64,000 bases of DNA from a virus, in the IMG/VR virus record IMGVR_UViG_3300013195_000003, positions 14,524 through 78,523 of that record. One strand, 5' to 3'. A model generated the notes under the pieces. That model searched no databases. It worked only from the letters and a program-made list of their open reading frames with translations, and was not told where the DNA came from. The position numbers and the translations under genes are program-made. Below, piece after piece: positions 19,501 through 29,616 of this stretch (positions within the stretch are counted from its first letter, which is position 1; each line of letters opens with the position of its first letter).

Positions 19501-22500
19501 AACCTTGAGATTCAAAACGATTACAACTATGATCCGTACCTGACTGGCAATAGTAAGCAACTGGTCTCTGATTGCGGTGTTAAGTTTACTATTGAATCTG
19601 CAAGACAAAAGACTATTAATAGTGTTAACCGTATCGAACTGACAGTCTTTGATCACACTATTAACACCAGTATTGCTGCTGGTACAGCTCTGACTTCTGG
19701 TACAATCCTAACTGAAGTTCAACTTAGCAGTGTTACTGGTGCATTCACCCCTGGTCTGGCAGTTGCTTGGTCTGGTTTCTCTGAGAGCACTGACATCAGT
19801 GGTAACCTGCCTACTATTCATAAGATCTACGTTGAGGGTGGTACAACTCGCCTGGTTCTCCGTAGTGATTTTGCTCTGCTTCCTTACCTGAAGTACAACA
19901 ATAGCACTGCTACTATTCTTGCTAGCGGTAGCGCTACAGGTATTCTCGCTGAGAAACCCAACGGTGGTCGTGACGACTTCAAAGATTATGCTGATGATCT
20001 TGGTAGACAGTATGTTATTCGTAATGCTCCTGTTTACACCTTGACCCCTGGTGATTTCGTCCGTGACGAAGCTGATGGCAACCAGAAAGACTATAAGATT
20101 GTTAGTGTTACTGACGTTGATGAGGTTGAAAACACTTACTATGTGTATCGTGTTAAGACTCTGCGCCGTAGAATCTACAACCAGCAGGATGGTATCTACT
20201 ACCTGACTTGTCTGCGTGGTGACTTCTCTCCTTCTGTTACTGAGTTTAACAGCTTCAAGTTTGGTCATCCGACTGAGAGACTGTATCCTGAACTGTTTGC
20301 TGACGATCCGCTGTGGTTTGACCCTGATGGTGATGGTTCAACCGTCAAGGATGCTCCTTCCACGATCTCTGTTGCTGACAACTATGTCCACGGTCTTGTG
20401 GTTGCTGACGATAACAAGAATAGCGTCACAAAAGAAGCTGTTGAATCTCTGCTGACTAACATCGAGAGAGACAGCGTTATTAACCTGGAAGCAATGGACG
20501 GTAAGGCGGTTGCCTCTCGTGAGGATCGCCTGATCGGTATTGAAGGTAGCAGCAATGCTATTGCTGACCGCCGTGTCTATATGGAGCTGCGTCGTCCATC
20601 ACAGGCACGTTCTGGTAACCACACCTTTGAATACACTGGTTTCGGTCCTGGTAACTACTCCACCGCATTCCCCTCTAGACAGGAGTATGTGCTCTCTGAT
20701 GATGAAGTCCTGTTCTCTCAGGCGAAGCGTCAAGACGGTGGTGTGGTCTTCTACTCTGGTCTGAACGCTAACGGTGACCTGTTCGTGGGTAACCAGCGTA
20801 TCAACGCTATCTCTGGTGAAGAGACCAAGATTGATGACTCTGTGCTGCGAGTTGCTGGTGAGAATGCTGACGAAGAGTCCAACACCAATGACATCACAGT
20901 TGACACCCTGACTGTCAACAACAAAGTCAAATTTGACCTGCTGAATGACTTCCAGATCTCTGCACCTGGCGGTACATTCTTCTCCACCCCTGTTACGATT
21001 GAGGTGGGTGATCAGTTTGCTGACAGCTCCGATGACCCTGGTTCTCTGACGATCAAGTCAGTTGCTAACACTGGTATTGCTAGTGTTGACCCTGCACTGG
21101 TTGAGACTGATATGGTCTTCAACCCTCCGTTCAAACCGAACACCATCCAGTTCGCTGTTTGGGAACTCAACCCCAGAAACATTTCTTCTGGTCTTACCTA
21201 TTCGATCAAGACATCGAAAGACAAGACAGTTCCTGCATCCGAAAGCTTTAAGCAAGAGGGTACAATTGAACTGCGTGGTACTGAGACTGTTGGTGAAGCA
21301 CATAGAATTGCTAATGTCAACTACAACACCACGATGGGTTGGATCTGGTGTCAGATTGATGGATTCCAGCAAGGTGAAACTCCCTCCTATGGATGGAGAG
21401 AGTGGGGTGTTATCGGTGCTGATGCACTGACCACCTACACCACTGGCACTGGTTCTACTTCGATTGCTACAGGCGATGATATGCGTCTGGGTGTCAACCT
21501 CAAGAACACTCGCGTTACCAACGGTAGCGTGATTCCTCAGCAGACTCTGGACGTTGAGGGTTCTGGTATCTTCCGCAACTCCCTGTGGGTTGGTGGCGAC
21601 AACCTGAACCCCACTGGTATCCACACCTTCCGTGCTTTCGATGATGATGGCAACGGCGTGGGTCGTGTCTCTATCAACACTGGTGACACAGCTGAAGTTA
21701 CTGGCGCTGTCGGTCTCTGGGTTGGTGGTGACATCATCGTCCGTGGCGGTTCTGCTGGCACTCTGCCTGTTGAATCTGTTGGCGGTGGTCAATCTAATGG
21801 TGACCTGACAATCGACGGCACTCTGACCGCTCTGGGCAATGGTCAGCACGAGTTGGTTGGTGATCTGACAGTCACTAAGGCACTCTATGTGAGAGGTGGT
21901 CTCAATAAGATGTATCAGATTGATTCTGGTACTACTCTTAAGAGTGATATTGATCAGAGACAAACTGATGATTCTCTGAACTATGTGACTTATGCTGGTC
22001 AGAACCTTGTGGTTGGTGATGCAGTTTGGAGTAACGATCACTTCGACGATGCTTCTACTGCAAAACTAGTCATTAAGGCAGATGGTTCTGCTCGTATCGG
22101 TAACGCTAGCGGTGGTATCCAGATGGATGCTAACAGCAATGTGTCTATCGGTGAGGCAACTCCTAGCGCTACAGAGAAACTGTGGGTTAACGGTTCTACT
22201 AAGATTGAGATCAGTGCTACCGAAGCTATTACAGTCTTCGATGATGCTGACCTGCGTCTTAAGATGACACCGACTGGTCAGATTGACTTCGTTGGCGACG
22301 GCACTGCTAGCGATCCTAACTCCAGACTGCACTCTACTGGTGCACTGACTCTGGGTGATAACCTTACTATCAAGAAGACTGACATTAACGCTGATACTAC
22401 ATTCAGTATTAATTCTGCAAACGGTGATACAATTATCGGTAATGATGCCGATAACTCTGGTACGCTCAGAGTTCACAGCGACACTCAATCCGATAGCACT

Positions 22501-23010
22501 ATTACTGGTGCTGTAATTGTTGATGGTGGTGTTGGTATTACCAAGAATATTAATGTTGGTGGTAATGGTATTGTTACTGGTAACCTCGAAGTTGAAGGTG
22601 GCGGTTTAGATGTTAACTCTGGTGGCACTAATAACTTCAAAGTCAATACTGATGGTAGTGTTGACCTTAATCAGGTTTCTGGTTACTTCACACCCACCGC
22701 TGGTCGTAAGTGGGTTGAGGTAAGTGCTGCCACTACTGTCGCTTCTAATACTAACTACTATGTTAATACCTTCACTGGAACTGAGCTTGTAATTACATTG
22801 CCCGCATCACCTCAAAAAGGTGATCAGATTCGTATCTTGGATGTTACTGACGCTTTGACTTATAACAAGCAAATCAAAGTTACATCTGGATCTGGTGGTG
22901 CACCTATTCAGGGTGATGCTACTGGCGAGTTGATTATTCAAACACCTGGCGCAGGTCTCGGTTTACTCTATATCAATGCTGTTATCGGCTGGCGTTTAAT
23001 CGAACTCTAA
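16531..23010 (+). CDS. Large virion structural/long tail fibre protein (2159 aa)
   Basis: N-terminal YVSP.DFNASD...NRGNSP.RPF.SIQRA, beta-helix-like segment, Gly/Thr/Val-rich fibre repeats, C-terminal gp34-like ITLPASPQKGDQIRILD...GAGLGLLY...GW domain. Confidence 0.8.
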   Translation: MALTRLENLISSKTGRFVYVSPDDFNASDDVNNRGNSPTRPFRSIQRAFLEVARFSYKSGPDNDRFDEFTVVLSPGDHYIDNRPGVASVNDIPDFTTNVNFDLGNSQNDLYKFNSTTGGVIVPRGTSLVGMDLRKTKIRPLFVPNPTDTSIPTTSIFNVTGGCYFWQFSIFDGKQKVYFDNSGNKADPTFSHHKITNFEFADADDLTLYYDKIGDAYENMVIDINVDGAIQETDLENRIVGPLSDKKVIESITPQALGGNATEIRVKTKAPHGYFVGQFVTVDDTGLTNDLHGSFLITRLDPADNTLFFYRVNQSIPTLISGQTYTTASLPPNRLNENAIVQAEIDTVDSASPYIFNLSIRSTWGLAGMHADGSKVTGFKSMVCAQYTGVSLQKDDRAFTKFNEETAQFESAWNGVAVTDPEELSTGSFATTPYHTDGRAYFKNEWRNAHVRLSNDAFIQAVSIFAVGFADHFLIESGADISITNSNSNFGNTALDAIGYKGFAFFQDKHGFVTDIVPPETIDLDDTTQPPYYGVDILASKEPSGSTRVYLAGEPEEISDPDNTPTYILQDYKVGSKREDRIYAKLDPDITGGESGPQEKSAQMFPSGFDTFTVSGLSTATQSVQNAQGETITYRATIFSCPEAHGLYTGTPVRLVPKRVNTAIGNELVRLPKGLEPNTVYYIIAPGRHTSPVPPDQTFPTEDLNTFLLAASEDDAAAGNAINIPEALNAGVQIEMFQYIFDVNPTPFKYKVTVADPATNEFQLESPHVFDKGFATKAATGVFFRAKPGSQLPGGIDANKMYYAIYDNTNGNINKFKVAETPALAIQGGGVPYSFTSSGTVGVSGQDEIYVFSCNTRHPLKYDPEMTASPGRNGLWYLNVLDTQQQPNQIYQRVSTLSEYVNEEVITTSNTYIKRINDRRREDDRIYRLRYVVPKEIDNVREPLLGYVLKVRTDENRRLRPQKVVLEAIDGTADMPVFYGNNPTIDPNGDNLEIQNDYNYDPYLTGNSKQLVSDCGVKFTIESARQKTINSVNRIELTVFDHTINTSIAAGTALTSGTILTEVQLSSVTGAFTPGLAVAWSGFSESTDISGNLPTIHKIYVEGGTTRLVLRSDFALLPYLKYNNSTATILASGSATGILAEKPNGGRDDFKDYADDLGRQYVIRNAPVYTLTPGDFVRDEADGNQKDYKIVSVTDVDEVENTYYVYRVKTLRRRIYNQQDGIYYLTCLRGDFSPSVTEFNSFKFGHPTERLYPELFADDPLWFDPDGDGSTVKDAPSTISVADNYVHGLVVADDNKNSVTKEAVESLLTNIERDSVINLEAMDGKAVASREDRLIGIEGSSNAIADRRVYMELRRPSQARSGNHTFEYTGFGPGNYSTAFPSRQEYVLSDDEVLFSQAKRQDGGVVFYSGLNANGDLFVGNQRINAISGEETKIDDSVLRVAGENADEESNTNDITVDTLTVNNKVKFDLLNDFQISAPGGTFFSTPVTIEVGDQFADSSDDPGSLTIKSVANTGIASVDPALVETDMVFNPPFKPNTIQFAVWELNPRNISSGLTYSIKTSKDKTVPASESFKQEGTIELRGTETVGEAHRIANVNYNTTMGWIWCQIDGFQQGETPSYGWREWGVIGADALTTYTTGTGSTSIATGDDMRLGVNLKNTRVTNGSVIPQQTLDVEGSGIFRNSLWVGGDNLNPTGIHTFRAFDDDGNGVGRVSINTGDTAEVTGAVGLWVGGDIIVRGGSAGTLPVESVGGGQSNGDLTIDGTLTALGNGQHELVGDLTVTKALYVRGGLNKMYQIDSGTTLKSDIDQRQTDDSLNYVTYAGQNLVVGDAVWSNDHFDDASTAKLVIKADGSARIGNASGGIQMDANSNVSIGEATPSATEKLWVNGSTKIEISATEAITVFDDADLRLKMTPTGQIDFVGDGTASDPNSRLHSTGALTLGDNLTIKKTDINADTTFSINSANGDTIIGNDADNSGTLRVHSDTQSDSTITGAVIVDGGVGITKNINVGGNGIVTGNLEVEGGGLDVNSGGTNNFKVNTDGSVDLNQVSGYFTPTAGRKWVEVSAATTVASNTNYYVNTFTGTELVITLPASPQKGDQIRILDVTDALTYNKQIKVTSGSGGAPIQGDATGELIIQTPGAGLGLLYINAVIGWRLIEL

Positions 23011-23819
23011 TGGCAAAAAATCTAGAAGAAATTCGCGGCTTTAAAAATGCCGCGATCGGTACAATTATGGCGTGGTCGGGGAGTAGTAGTGAACTCCCCA
23101 CAGGATGGTTGAGCTGTGATGGTGCAGCTGTAAGTAACGGTGATTATCCTTTACTAAAAGAAGTCATCGGTTACACTTATGGCGGTTCCGATGCAGCGGG
23201 GCAATTTCAAGTTCCTAATTTAAATAATGGCAAAGTTCCTTTCCATAAAGGATCTACTTACAGCGGCAATGGTGGTACCAATAGTGGAAGTACAACTTTG
23301 AATGCAGATTGGTCTATCAATGGTAGACCTAACAAGACTATTCAATATAGTTCTGCTACGGTTAATTCTAATGATGGTAATAATGCCTTTTCTAGGAATC
23401 TACACTTCCAGAGTAGAATGATGAGTCTTGAAAATCTTCCTGGTCACGGACATAACCCTAATATCAAGACTCTTAACAGTCAGCATAACGGTAACCCTTC
23501 AGCTGAAGCAGCTGGCGGTGGTGGCAGCAGCAGTAATCGTCTTTTCCAGACTGCTAGATCTGTTCATTCTAGAGGTTCTCTTCCTAAAGTGGGTGGTCCT
23601 AATGATTGGGAAAATAACAGAATGACTAAACCACCTCAAGCTCACGGGCACGAAGCGATTAGAGTTACCATAGATAAAGGAAACTTGTCTTGTCCTGCAT
23701 ATAATGAGACTTACAATTCTGATAATATGTCGGTTACTAATTTTCCAAATCTAGGAAATGCTGCTCTTGATTTTACGCAACCATATCAGACTGCGGTCTA
23801 TATCATCAAAGCATACTAA
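23010..23819 (+). CDS. Tail collar domain protein (short fibre-like)
   Basis: IGTIMAWSG....LPTGWLSCDG.AV....YP.L..VIG.TYGG......F.VPNL collar motif; C-terminal QPYQTAVYIIK. Confidence 0.85.
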   Translation: MAKNLEEIRGFKNAAIGTIMAWSGSSSELPTGWLSCDGAAVSNGDYPLLKEVIGYTYGGSDAAGQFQVPNLNNGKVPFHKGSTYSGNGGTNSGSTTLNADWSINGRPNKTIQYSSATVNSNDGNNAFSRNLHFQSRMMSLENLPGHGHNPNIKTLNSQHNGNPSAEAAGGGGSSSNRLFQTARSVHSRGSLPKVGGPNDWENNRMTKPPQAHGHEAIRVTIDKGNLSCPAYNETYNSDNMSVTNFPNLGNAALDFTQPYQTAVYIIKAY

Positions 23820-23822
23820 ATA
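23817..23822 (+). promoter_or_regulatory. Late promoter TAAATA
   Basis: Exact TAAATA overlapping the stop codon, 20 nt before the next ATG. Confidence 0.6.
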
Positions 23823-23841
23823 TCTCAGAGCATCATAGTCA

Positions 23842-24723
23842 ATGGCAAAAGTATATGCTAGTATTAGAGGAGCTCAGGGTGTTGCACCTGGAGTGATTGT
23901 TCCTTTTTCAAAGGAATGTCAGTCTGATGCAAATTTGATAGAACGTGTTCCTGGTGGTTACTTACGTTGTGATGGTAAAATATATCAAGCACGTGATTAT
24001 CCTGGACTAGCTAAAGTCATTGGCGTCGGTCCATCTGGAGGTAATGGTATTAGAGCTTGTCCATTTCCGCCTGGACTGGCTGGGGCACAGTTGATTAATC
24101 CTACCTTAGATGCTGATGGTAATTTTACAGCTGGTAGTTTTGCAGTTCCTAACTTAGGTGCTAAAGTTTTACTTCCTAATACTTCGGCAGGTCAACAGTT
24201 TATCGGTAATAACGTTGGCGGCGGCATTTATGAAAGAGCTGGAGTAGGATATGTTGCGACTATTCTGCCAACTGTTAATACAACCATATCTGGAAACATT
24301 ATAGATTCCGAAAAAACTAATAGTATTACTGGTAACGGAACTTTCAGTTATCCAAATGGCAGTACTTCGTCAACAAACTCTATTGATATCGGAAAAACTG
24401 CAGCTCACAATCACAATGATAATTGGTATCAATCTGATATGAGAGATGAGCATTTTGATGCGGATTTGCAAGATGATGTTAGTATTGATATTATTCAATA
24501 CGATATAAGTAACGTTACTATTACACATAATGGTTCAAATATTACTCACAACCATTCAATTTCTGGTGGTAGTTGCAGTAATCACTTGGAATATACCAGA
24601 TCACAAACTACAATTAGTTTTTCTGGATCTAGTGCGACGGCGAATGTTACTGCCGATCCCAAAAAATCTTTAGATCACCTCACAACACCGTACATCATCG
24701 TAGAGTACATCATTAAAATCTGA
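23842..24723 (+). CDS. Tail collar domain protein
   Basis: GYLRCDG.IY.A.DYP.LA.VIG...F.VPNLG; C-terminal TPYIIVEYIIK. Confidence 0.85.
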   Translation: MAKVYASIRGAQGVAPGVIVPFSKECQSDANLIERVPGGYLRCDGKIYQARDYPGLAKVIGVGPSGGNGIRACPFPPGLAGAQLINPTLDADGNFTAGSFAVPNLGAKVLLPNTSAGQQFIGNNVGGGIYERAGVGYVATILPTVNTTISGNIIDSEKTNSITGNGTFSYPNGSTSSTNSIDIGKTAAHNHNDNWYQSDMRDEHFDADLQDDVSIDIIQYDISNVTITHNGSNITHNHSISGGSCSNHLEYTRSQTTISFSGSSATANVTADPKKSLDHLTTPYIIVEYIIKI

Positions 24724-27632
24724 TGGCAAAGTATTACTCTGAAACGCAAGCATCCTGGACAGGAGTTCAAGTCGGCACCATTTGTATGATGCCGAAGGAC
24801 GATAATGGAGATTATTATGCTCCTGCAGGATGGCAGGAATGTAACGGTAGATCTCTGGATCCAAATGAATTTTATGCACTGTATGAAATTATTGGTACCA
24901 CGTACGGTGGTGATGCATCTGGTAGCACTTATGGTCAGCTCACTGGAACATTTAAGGTACCTGATTTAAGAGATAGAAAAGCTATTGGTACAGGTAGAAT
25001 TAGACCAGAAGATGCTTCATCGCCACAATTAGAGGGTCATTTGGGTGGTCCGAGTGGTTATGGTACGAATGTATGTGGAACGTATGGCGGTAAAAACGTT
25101 ATGCGTATCTCTGATGTTGCTAGTAGGGTTCAAGTTATTGGTAACCCTAGTATCACTCTAAATCCGACTAGTCCGACACTTAATACCAATTTGGTTGGAA
25201 ATAGTTATCTACAAGTTGAGTCGGGATCTATTTCTAATTACACTGCACAAAATTATCCATCTCATACTCACGATCCTGGATTCACAGTTATTTCAACTCC
25301 TGGTTCAGGTAGTACCCACACTCTTGATAGAACTAGTCCTGGTGGTGGTAATACTGGAGTTAATTCAAACTCAAACATACACAGCACATCAAATTGGCAA
25401 GATCTAGCGCAGGCAACAGCTGGGCACAGATCATTTACTAAGCAACCTCACTCGCACTGGATATCGTGGGATCCTAGTATTTGGCAAACTACTTCATATC
25501 ATAGGTCTTTTGGTGATTCTATTGGTGCAGTTGCTGGCAACTCTCACTTGGGACAGACTTGGGAAGCTGAGCGCGGCGGTATTGAAGCGTGGAGAGCTAA
25601 ATTTGTCAACGGAGACATCAACAATACTGGTCGATGTGGCGAAAATACTGGTGTTTGTACTATTCAAGCTAAGGCGAGTGGTGGATATGTTTCTTTGTCT
25701 ACAGGCACTCAAACAGCAAATGCATCTCAAGTAAACTTCACTCTTGGTGTTACGGTTGGTCTGAATTCGGATCCTACGATTCAACCAACTTATCAAGAAA
25801 CAGCTTATATGATTTTCTTGGGCGTGAGTGCTACTGCATATACTGCTCCCCCACCGCCAGCTGATACTGGAGATAACATTCCTGGCGATTTTGGACCTTT
25901 AAACATCACTACTTCTACTGCATCTGGAACTGCATCGACATCTTTCCAGATTACAGATTGCGATGGTGTTTACAGTTTTAATATTATTGTAGAAAAAACT
26001 GGTGGAGCTGATGTGGGATCTACCCCAATTAACTTGCAGGGAACAGGTACTGCTACTAATAGTGGATATGTGGTCGGAGATACCGTTAATATGGTTCTTG
26101 AGGGTCCTGCTTTAGGCGGAGGAACTGCAAATTATACTATCAAAATTTATGATGGTACGGATTTGGTTAAAACTGGATATGCTAATGTGACATATGCAGT
26201 TGCACCAGATGTTACTATCAGTGCACTCCCTGCTCTTGTTGAGCCTGGTAGTACTACACAGATTACTTTCTCTTCTCCTGGTGCGACAACTCTTGTCAGC
26301 TCTAACTTTGGAGCTACTGTTGCGACAGGTGAAACTGTTACTGTAACTCCAACTTCCAATACTACCACGTATACTGTTACTGTTAGTAATCCATATGGAA
26401 GTAATACTGCAACTGTTGATGTTCTTTTGAATGTTGGATCTCCACCAACTATTGCGTTGACAGCAACACCTTCTACAATTGATTATGGTGGCACTACACG
26501 TATTCAATATGTTTCGCCAGATGCTACAGCTTTTGTTTCTTCTAACATTCCTGGTGTAGGATCGTCGAATATCCTCGAAGGTATCTATGATGTACCAGCT
26601 GGTACACTTACTGCAGATACCACATATAATGTGACCCTGAGTAATGCAAATGGAAGCACTACAGAAGAGGTTACAGTTACTGTTAATGCGCTTCCTTTAC
26701 CAACAGTAACAATTACCTCAGATGTTACTGCTATCAATGTTGGCGCTGATCCTGGTGCTTCTATAGTGGTTGATATTAGTGGTGCTGATAGTGTTACCTA
26801 TTCATCTTCTCCTGCATTTGCTGGATGGGATAATTTGTCTTCGACCACTTATACAAGCACGGCAGTATCACCACCTACAACTACAACATTTACTGTTGCT
26901 GCTACAAATGCCTCAGGAACTACAACAGAGTATGTTGAGATTAGTGTGCAGCAAGCTCCTACTATCGTATTGTCTGCTACTCCTGCTGTTCTTGAGATTG
27001 GTACTGGTGCAACAAACCCCGTGTCTAGTTCTACATTGACCTGGACATCTACAGATGCCACTACTGTTGTTAGTAGTAATTTCGGTGCATCGACTGTTAG
27101 CGGTACAACCACAGTTTCGCCAACAGATACTACAACTTATGAAATTGAAGTGTCTGGTCCTGCACAACCTAATGCCGATGCTAGTGTTATAGTTACTGTG
27201 AACTGTACTACTGGTACAGGTACAACTTCTGCAGGTTATGGCGATACATTCTACGGTTATCTGTTGTATAATGATGGAACGAAGAACGCATTTAATAATG
27301 GAAACAATCGTTACTTCGTTAGTGCTACCAATTCTTCGTATGCAAACACCACAGCTGTTGGTACATATACATACGGTCAAATTGGTACACAGATTATCAC
27401 TAGTTTTGAGGCTATTCTTGACAGAAGACCTGAAGATGTTGCCTTCGATGGTTGGATGAATAGCTTTATCAATAACTTCGGTACCACATATAGCAACTTG
27501 ACAGATCTGAACACTGCGATCTATAATGATGCTAATGGTATCGGAGTTGGTACCAGCAATGAAATTGCACTGAGAGCATCGTACGGTGGTCTTGCAGGCA
27601 ACTACAATGAATGTGATGTATTAATTGTCTAA
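24723..27632 (+). CDS. Tail collar protein with C-terminal Ig/PKD-like repeats
   Basis: GWQECNGRSL...EF.ALY.IIG.TYGG...F.VPDLRDR; collar closure QPTYQETAYMIFLG, then about 4 Thr/Ser-rich APTI.L.A.P..I..G..STL.W.S..AT repeats. Confidence 0.85.
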   Translation: MAKYYSETQASWTGVQVGTICMMPKDDNGDYYAPAGWQECNGRSLDPNEFYALYEIIGTTYGGDASGSTYGQLTGTFKVPDLRDRKAIGTGRIRPEDASSPQLEGHLGGPSGYGTNVCGTYGGKNVMRISDVASRVQVIGNPSITLNPTSPTLNTNLVGNSYLQVESGSISNYTAQNYPSHTHDPGFTVISTPGSGSTHTLDRTSPGGGNTGVNSNSNIHSTSNWQDLAQATAGHRSFTKQPHSHWISWDPSIWQTTSYHRSFGDSIGAVAGNSHLGQTWEAERGGIEAWRAKFVNGDINNTGRCGENTGVCTIQAKASGGYVSLSTGTQTANASQVNFTLGVTVGLNSDPTIQPTYQETAYMIFLGVSATAYTAPPPPADTGDNIPGDFGPLNITTSTASGTASTSFQITDCDGVYSFNIIVEKTGGADVGSTPINLQGTGTATNSGYVVGDTVNMVLEGPALGGGTANYTIKIYDGTDLVKTGYANVTYAVAPDVTISALPALVEPGSTTQITFSSPGATTLVSSNFGATVATGETVTVTPTSNTTTYTVTVSNPYGSNTATVDVLLNVGSPPTIALTATPSTIDYGGTTRIQYVSPDATAFVSSNIPGVGSSNILEGIYDVPAGTLTADTTYNVTLSNANGSTTEEVTVTVNALPLPTVTITSDVTAINVGADPGASIVVDISGADSVTYSSSPAFAGWDNLSSTTYTSTAVSPPTTTTFTVAATNASGTTTEYVEISVQQAPTIVLSATPAVLEIGTGATNPVSSSTLTWTSTDATTVVSSNFGASTVSGTTTVSPTDTTTYEIEVSGPAQPNADASVIVTVNCTTGTGTTSAGYGDTFYGYLLYNDGTKNAFNNGNNRYFVSATNSSYANTTAVGTYTYGQIGTQIITSFEAILDRRPEDVAFDGWMNSFINNFGTTYSNLTDLNTAIYNDANGIGVGTSNEIALRASYGGLAGNYNECDVLIV

Positions 27633-28283
27633 ATGAAACCTATTACACCTATTCGTCCTGCTGAGCTGATGCTTGACGGGAATTTGACTAAATCAAACTT
27701 TGACGACTTCATTGGTGTTTGGGAAGGGTTTATGCCCAAAGCAGAATGCCAAAAATATATTAACTGGTTTGAAAATCTAGAGAGTAACTCTTGTGTCGTT
27801 CAACCTGGAATGGATCCTGGCGAAGTTGCCGATGGTAGATTCCAGTTTGAAATTGGTGGACTAGGGAGACTCGATAAGCAAACTTTAATTACACATCAAA
27901 ACCCTGAACTGCAGCAGTGTTGCAATCAATATTTGATGTCAACCCTCGAACACTATATCTCTGAGTTTCCCCAGCTTGCGAATCAGTCATTGATTAGTAG
28001 CTGCATAAAAATGCAGAAGACTGAAGAAGGTGGTGGTTATCACGTCTGGCATTTTGAAGCAATGGGTCTCGATCATTCATCACGTTGTTTGGTTTGGGCG
28101 ATTTATCTGAATGATGATTATGAAGGCGGCGAGACTGAGTTTTTGATGCAGAAACGTCGTGTAAATCCTCCCGCAGGAACTGTAGTTATTTGGCCAGCTG
28201 GGTTTACACACCCACACAGAGGAAACACGGTATTAAAAGGCAATAAATATATTTTGACTGGTTGGTATTATCACAACTCGTAA
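27633..28283 (+). CDS. 2OG-Fe(II) oxygenase (prolyl-4-hydroxylase-like)
   Basis: GGYHVWHFE (HxE), YLNDDYEGGETEF, G.VVIWPAGFTHPHRGN, KYILTGW. Confidence 0.88.
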   Translation: MKPITPIRPAELMLDGNLTKSNFDDFIGVWEGFMPKAECQKYINWFENLESNSCVVQPGMDPGEVADGRFQFEIGGLGRLDKQTLITHQNPELQQCCNQYLMSTLEHYISEFPQLANQSLISSCIKMQKTEEGGGYHVWHFEAMGLDHSSRCLVWAIYLNDDYEGGETEFLMQKRRVNPPAGTVVIWPAGFTHPHRGNTVLKGNKYILTGWYYHNS

Positions 28284-28284
28284 A

Positions 28285-28935
28285 ATGGCAAGAGATTTCG
28301 CAAAAGCTGACGTAGTTATTAACAATGTTCAAAAGGTGATTGGTACCTACCACGCTCCTTATGGAACTACTCTGTTCTTCCCGATTGAAGAGGAAGAGTA
28401 CAATACATTAGTGGCACCTTTGCTGGTTGGTATTTGGGATGTTCCCAATGTTGATCAGCTTGAGATGTTTTATTATTGGAAATCTAGTGATGATGGTGAT
28501 GGTGTAATTGAACCATCTTTTTACATCTCCGAAAACACGGAGCTCACTGATGAGATTCCTAGGAACTATAATAAGACACCTAACAATGGTGGTCCTAGTA
28601 GAGAAGAAGGCGATAAAATTTACAATGCTCTTAGAACAAGATTAGAGCAACTTAAAACTGAATATGAAGCAGCAGAAGCAGCCAAAATAGAGAATACTTG
28701 GAAGGAATGGAGTTATCGTGAGGATGGCACACCTTTAAATATCAAATCTCTGAAGTCTGGAAGAACTACACGTTTAAATGATTCTGACTGGACACAGATG
28801 CCAGATTCTCCTCTCTCCGAAGATGCTAAGACAGCTTGGGCGGCATATCGTCAAGAACTGAGAGACCTTCCTGCAGCACAAGCTGATCCTTACGACCCTG
28901 ATAATTTCACTGGTTGGCCAACTAGACCTTCTTGA
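28285..28935 (+). CDS. Tail fibre assembly chaperone-like protein
   Basis: C-terminal R...L..SDWTQMPDSPLS...K.AW..YRQ.LRDLP.......WP..P motif of phage tail assembly chaperones. Confidence 0.8.
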   Translation: MARDFAKADVVINNVQKVIGTYHAPYGTTLFFPIEEEEYNTLVAPLLVGIWDVPNVDQLEMFYYWKSSDDGDGVIEPSFYISENTELTDEIPRNYNKTPNNGGPSREEGDKIYNALRTRLEQLKTEYEAAEAAKIENTWKEWSYREDGTPLNIKSLKSGRTTRLNDSDWTQMPDSPLSEDAKTAWAAYRQELRDLPAAQADPYDPDNFTGWPTRPS

Positions 28936-28938
28936 TTT

Positions 28939-29613
28939 ATGTTTTATCGTTATGAACTTCTGAATCACGTCAAAGTAAATCATATAACAAATGTATTTGA
29001 CACTAGTATTTGGGAAGATGGATCGAAATCTGGTAGTAAAGACAAAAAACTGAAAAATAATCGCCAGCTTTGTAGAGACTCTGCCTTAGCGTGCTGGAGA
29101 ATATTTGAAGAAGATTTTGATAATCATCCAATAGTTTATGCATCTTTAGCTACTTCTGCATACACATTGCCACACTTTTGTAAGTATGGTATCGGATGCC
29201 ATTACGATTGGCACGTCGATCACACTCATATGGGCGATGGAATCGGAATACGAGCTGATGTTAGTACGACGGTATTTCTTAATGACCCTGTAGAATATGA
29301 AGGTGGGGTGTTAGAGCTTAAATTTGGAACGGAAACTCTAGAAATTAAATTGCCAGCTGGATGGGCGTTTAGTTATCCTACTGGAATAAAACACAGGGTT
29401 ACGCCTATTACATCTGGAGAGAGAAGAGTAGCAGTATTGTGGTCTCAGTCACGATTCAAAGAACCTATGGATCGTATGGCATATGCAAATATTAGAGAAA
29501 CATCATTAAAATATAATATTACCAGTCCAGACCATCCTGGTTGGGAGTTGCAAAATGCCCTGGACAATGCCGAAATGCATTTACTTAGAACTAAAGGCGA
29601 TCTGAGATCATAA
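28939..29613 (+). CDS. PKHD-type (PiuC/YbiX-like) 2OG-Fe(II) hydroxylase
   Basis: Y..G.HYDWHVD, R.DVSTTVFLNDP.EYEGG.L, YPTG..HRV.P.TSGERR.AV.W.QS. Confidence 0.88.
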   Translation: MFYRYELLNHVKVNHITNVFDTSIWEDGSKSGSKDKKLKNNRQLCRDSALACWRIFEEDFDNHPIVYASLATSAYTLPHFCKYGIGCHYDWHVDHTHMGDGIGIRADVSTTVFLNDPVEYEGGVLELKFGTETLEIKLPAGWAFSYPTGIKHRVTPITSGERRVAVLWSQSRFKEPMDRMAYANIRETSLKYNITSPDHPGWELQNALDNAEMHLLRTKGDLRS

Positions 29614-29616
29614 ATA
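29611..29616 (+). promoter_or_regulatory. Late promoter TAAATA
   Basis: Exact TAAATA upstream of the S8 protease ORF. Confidence 0.65.
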
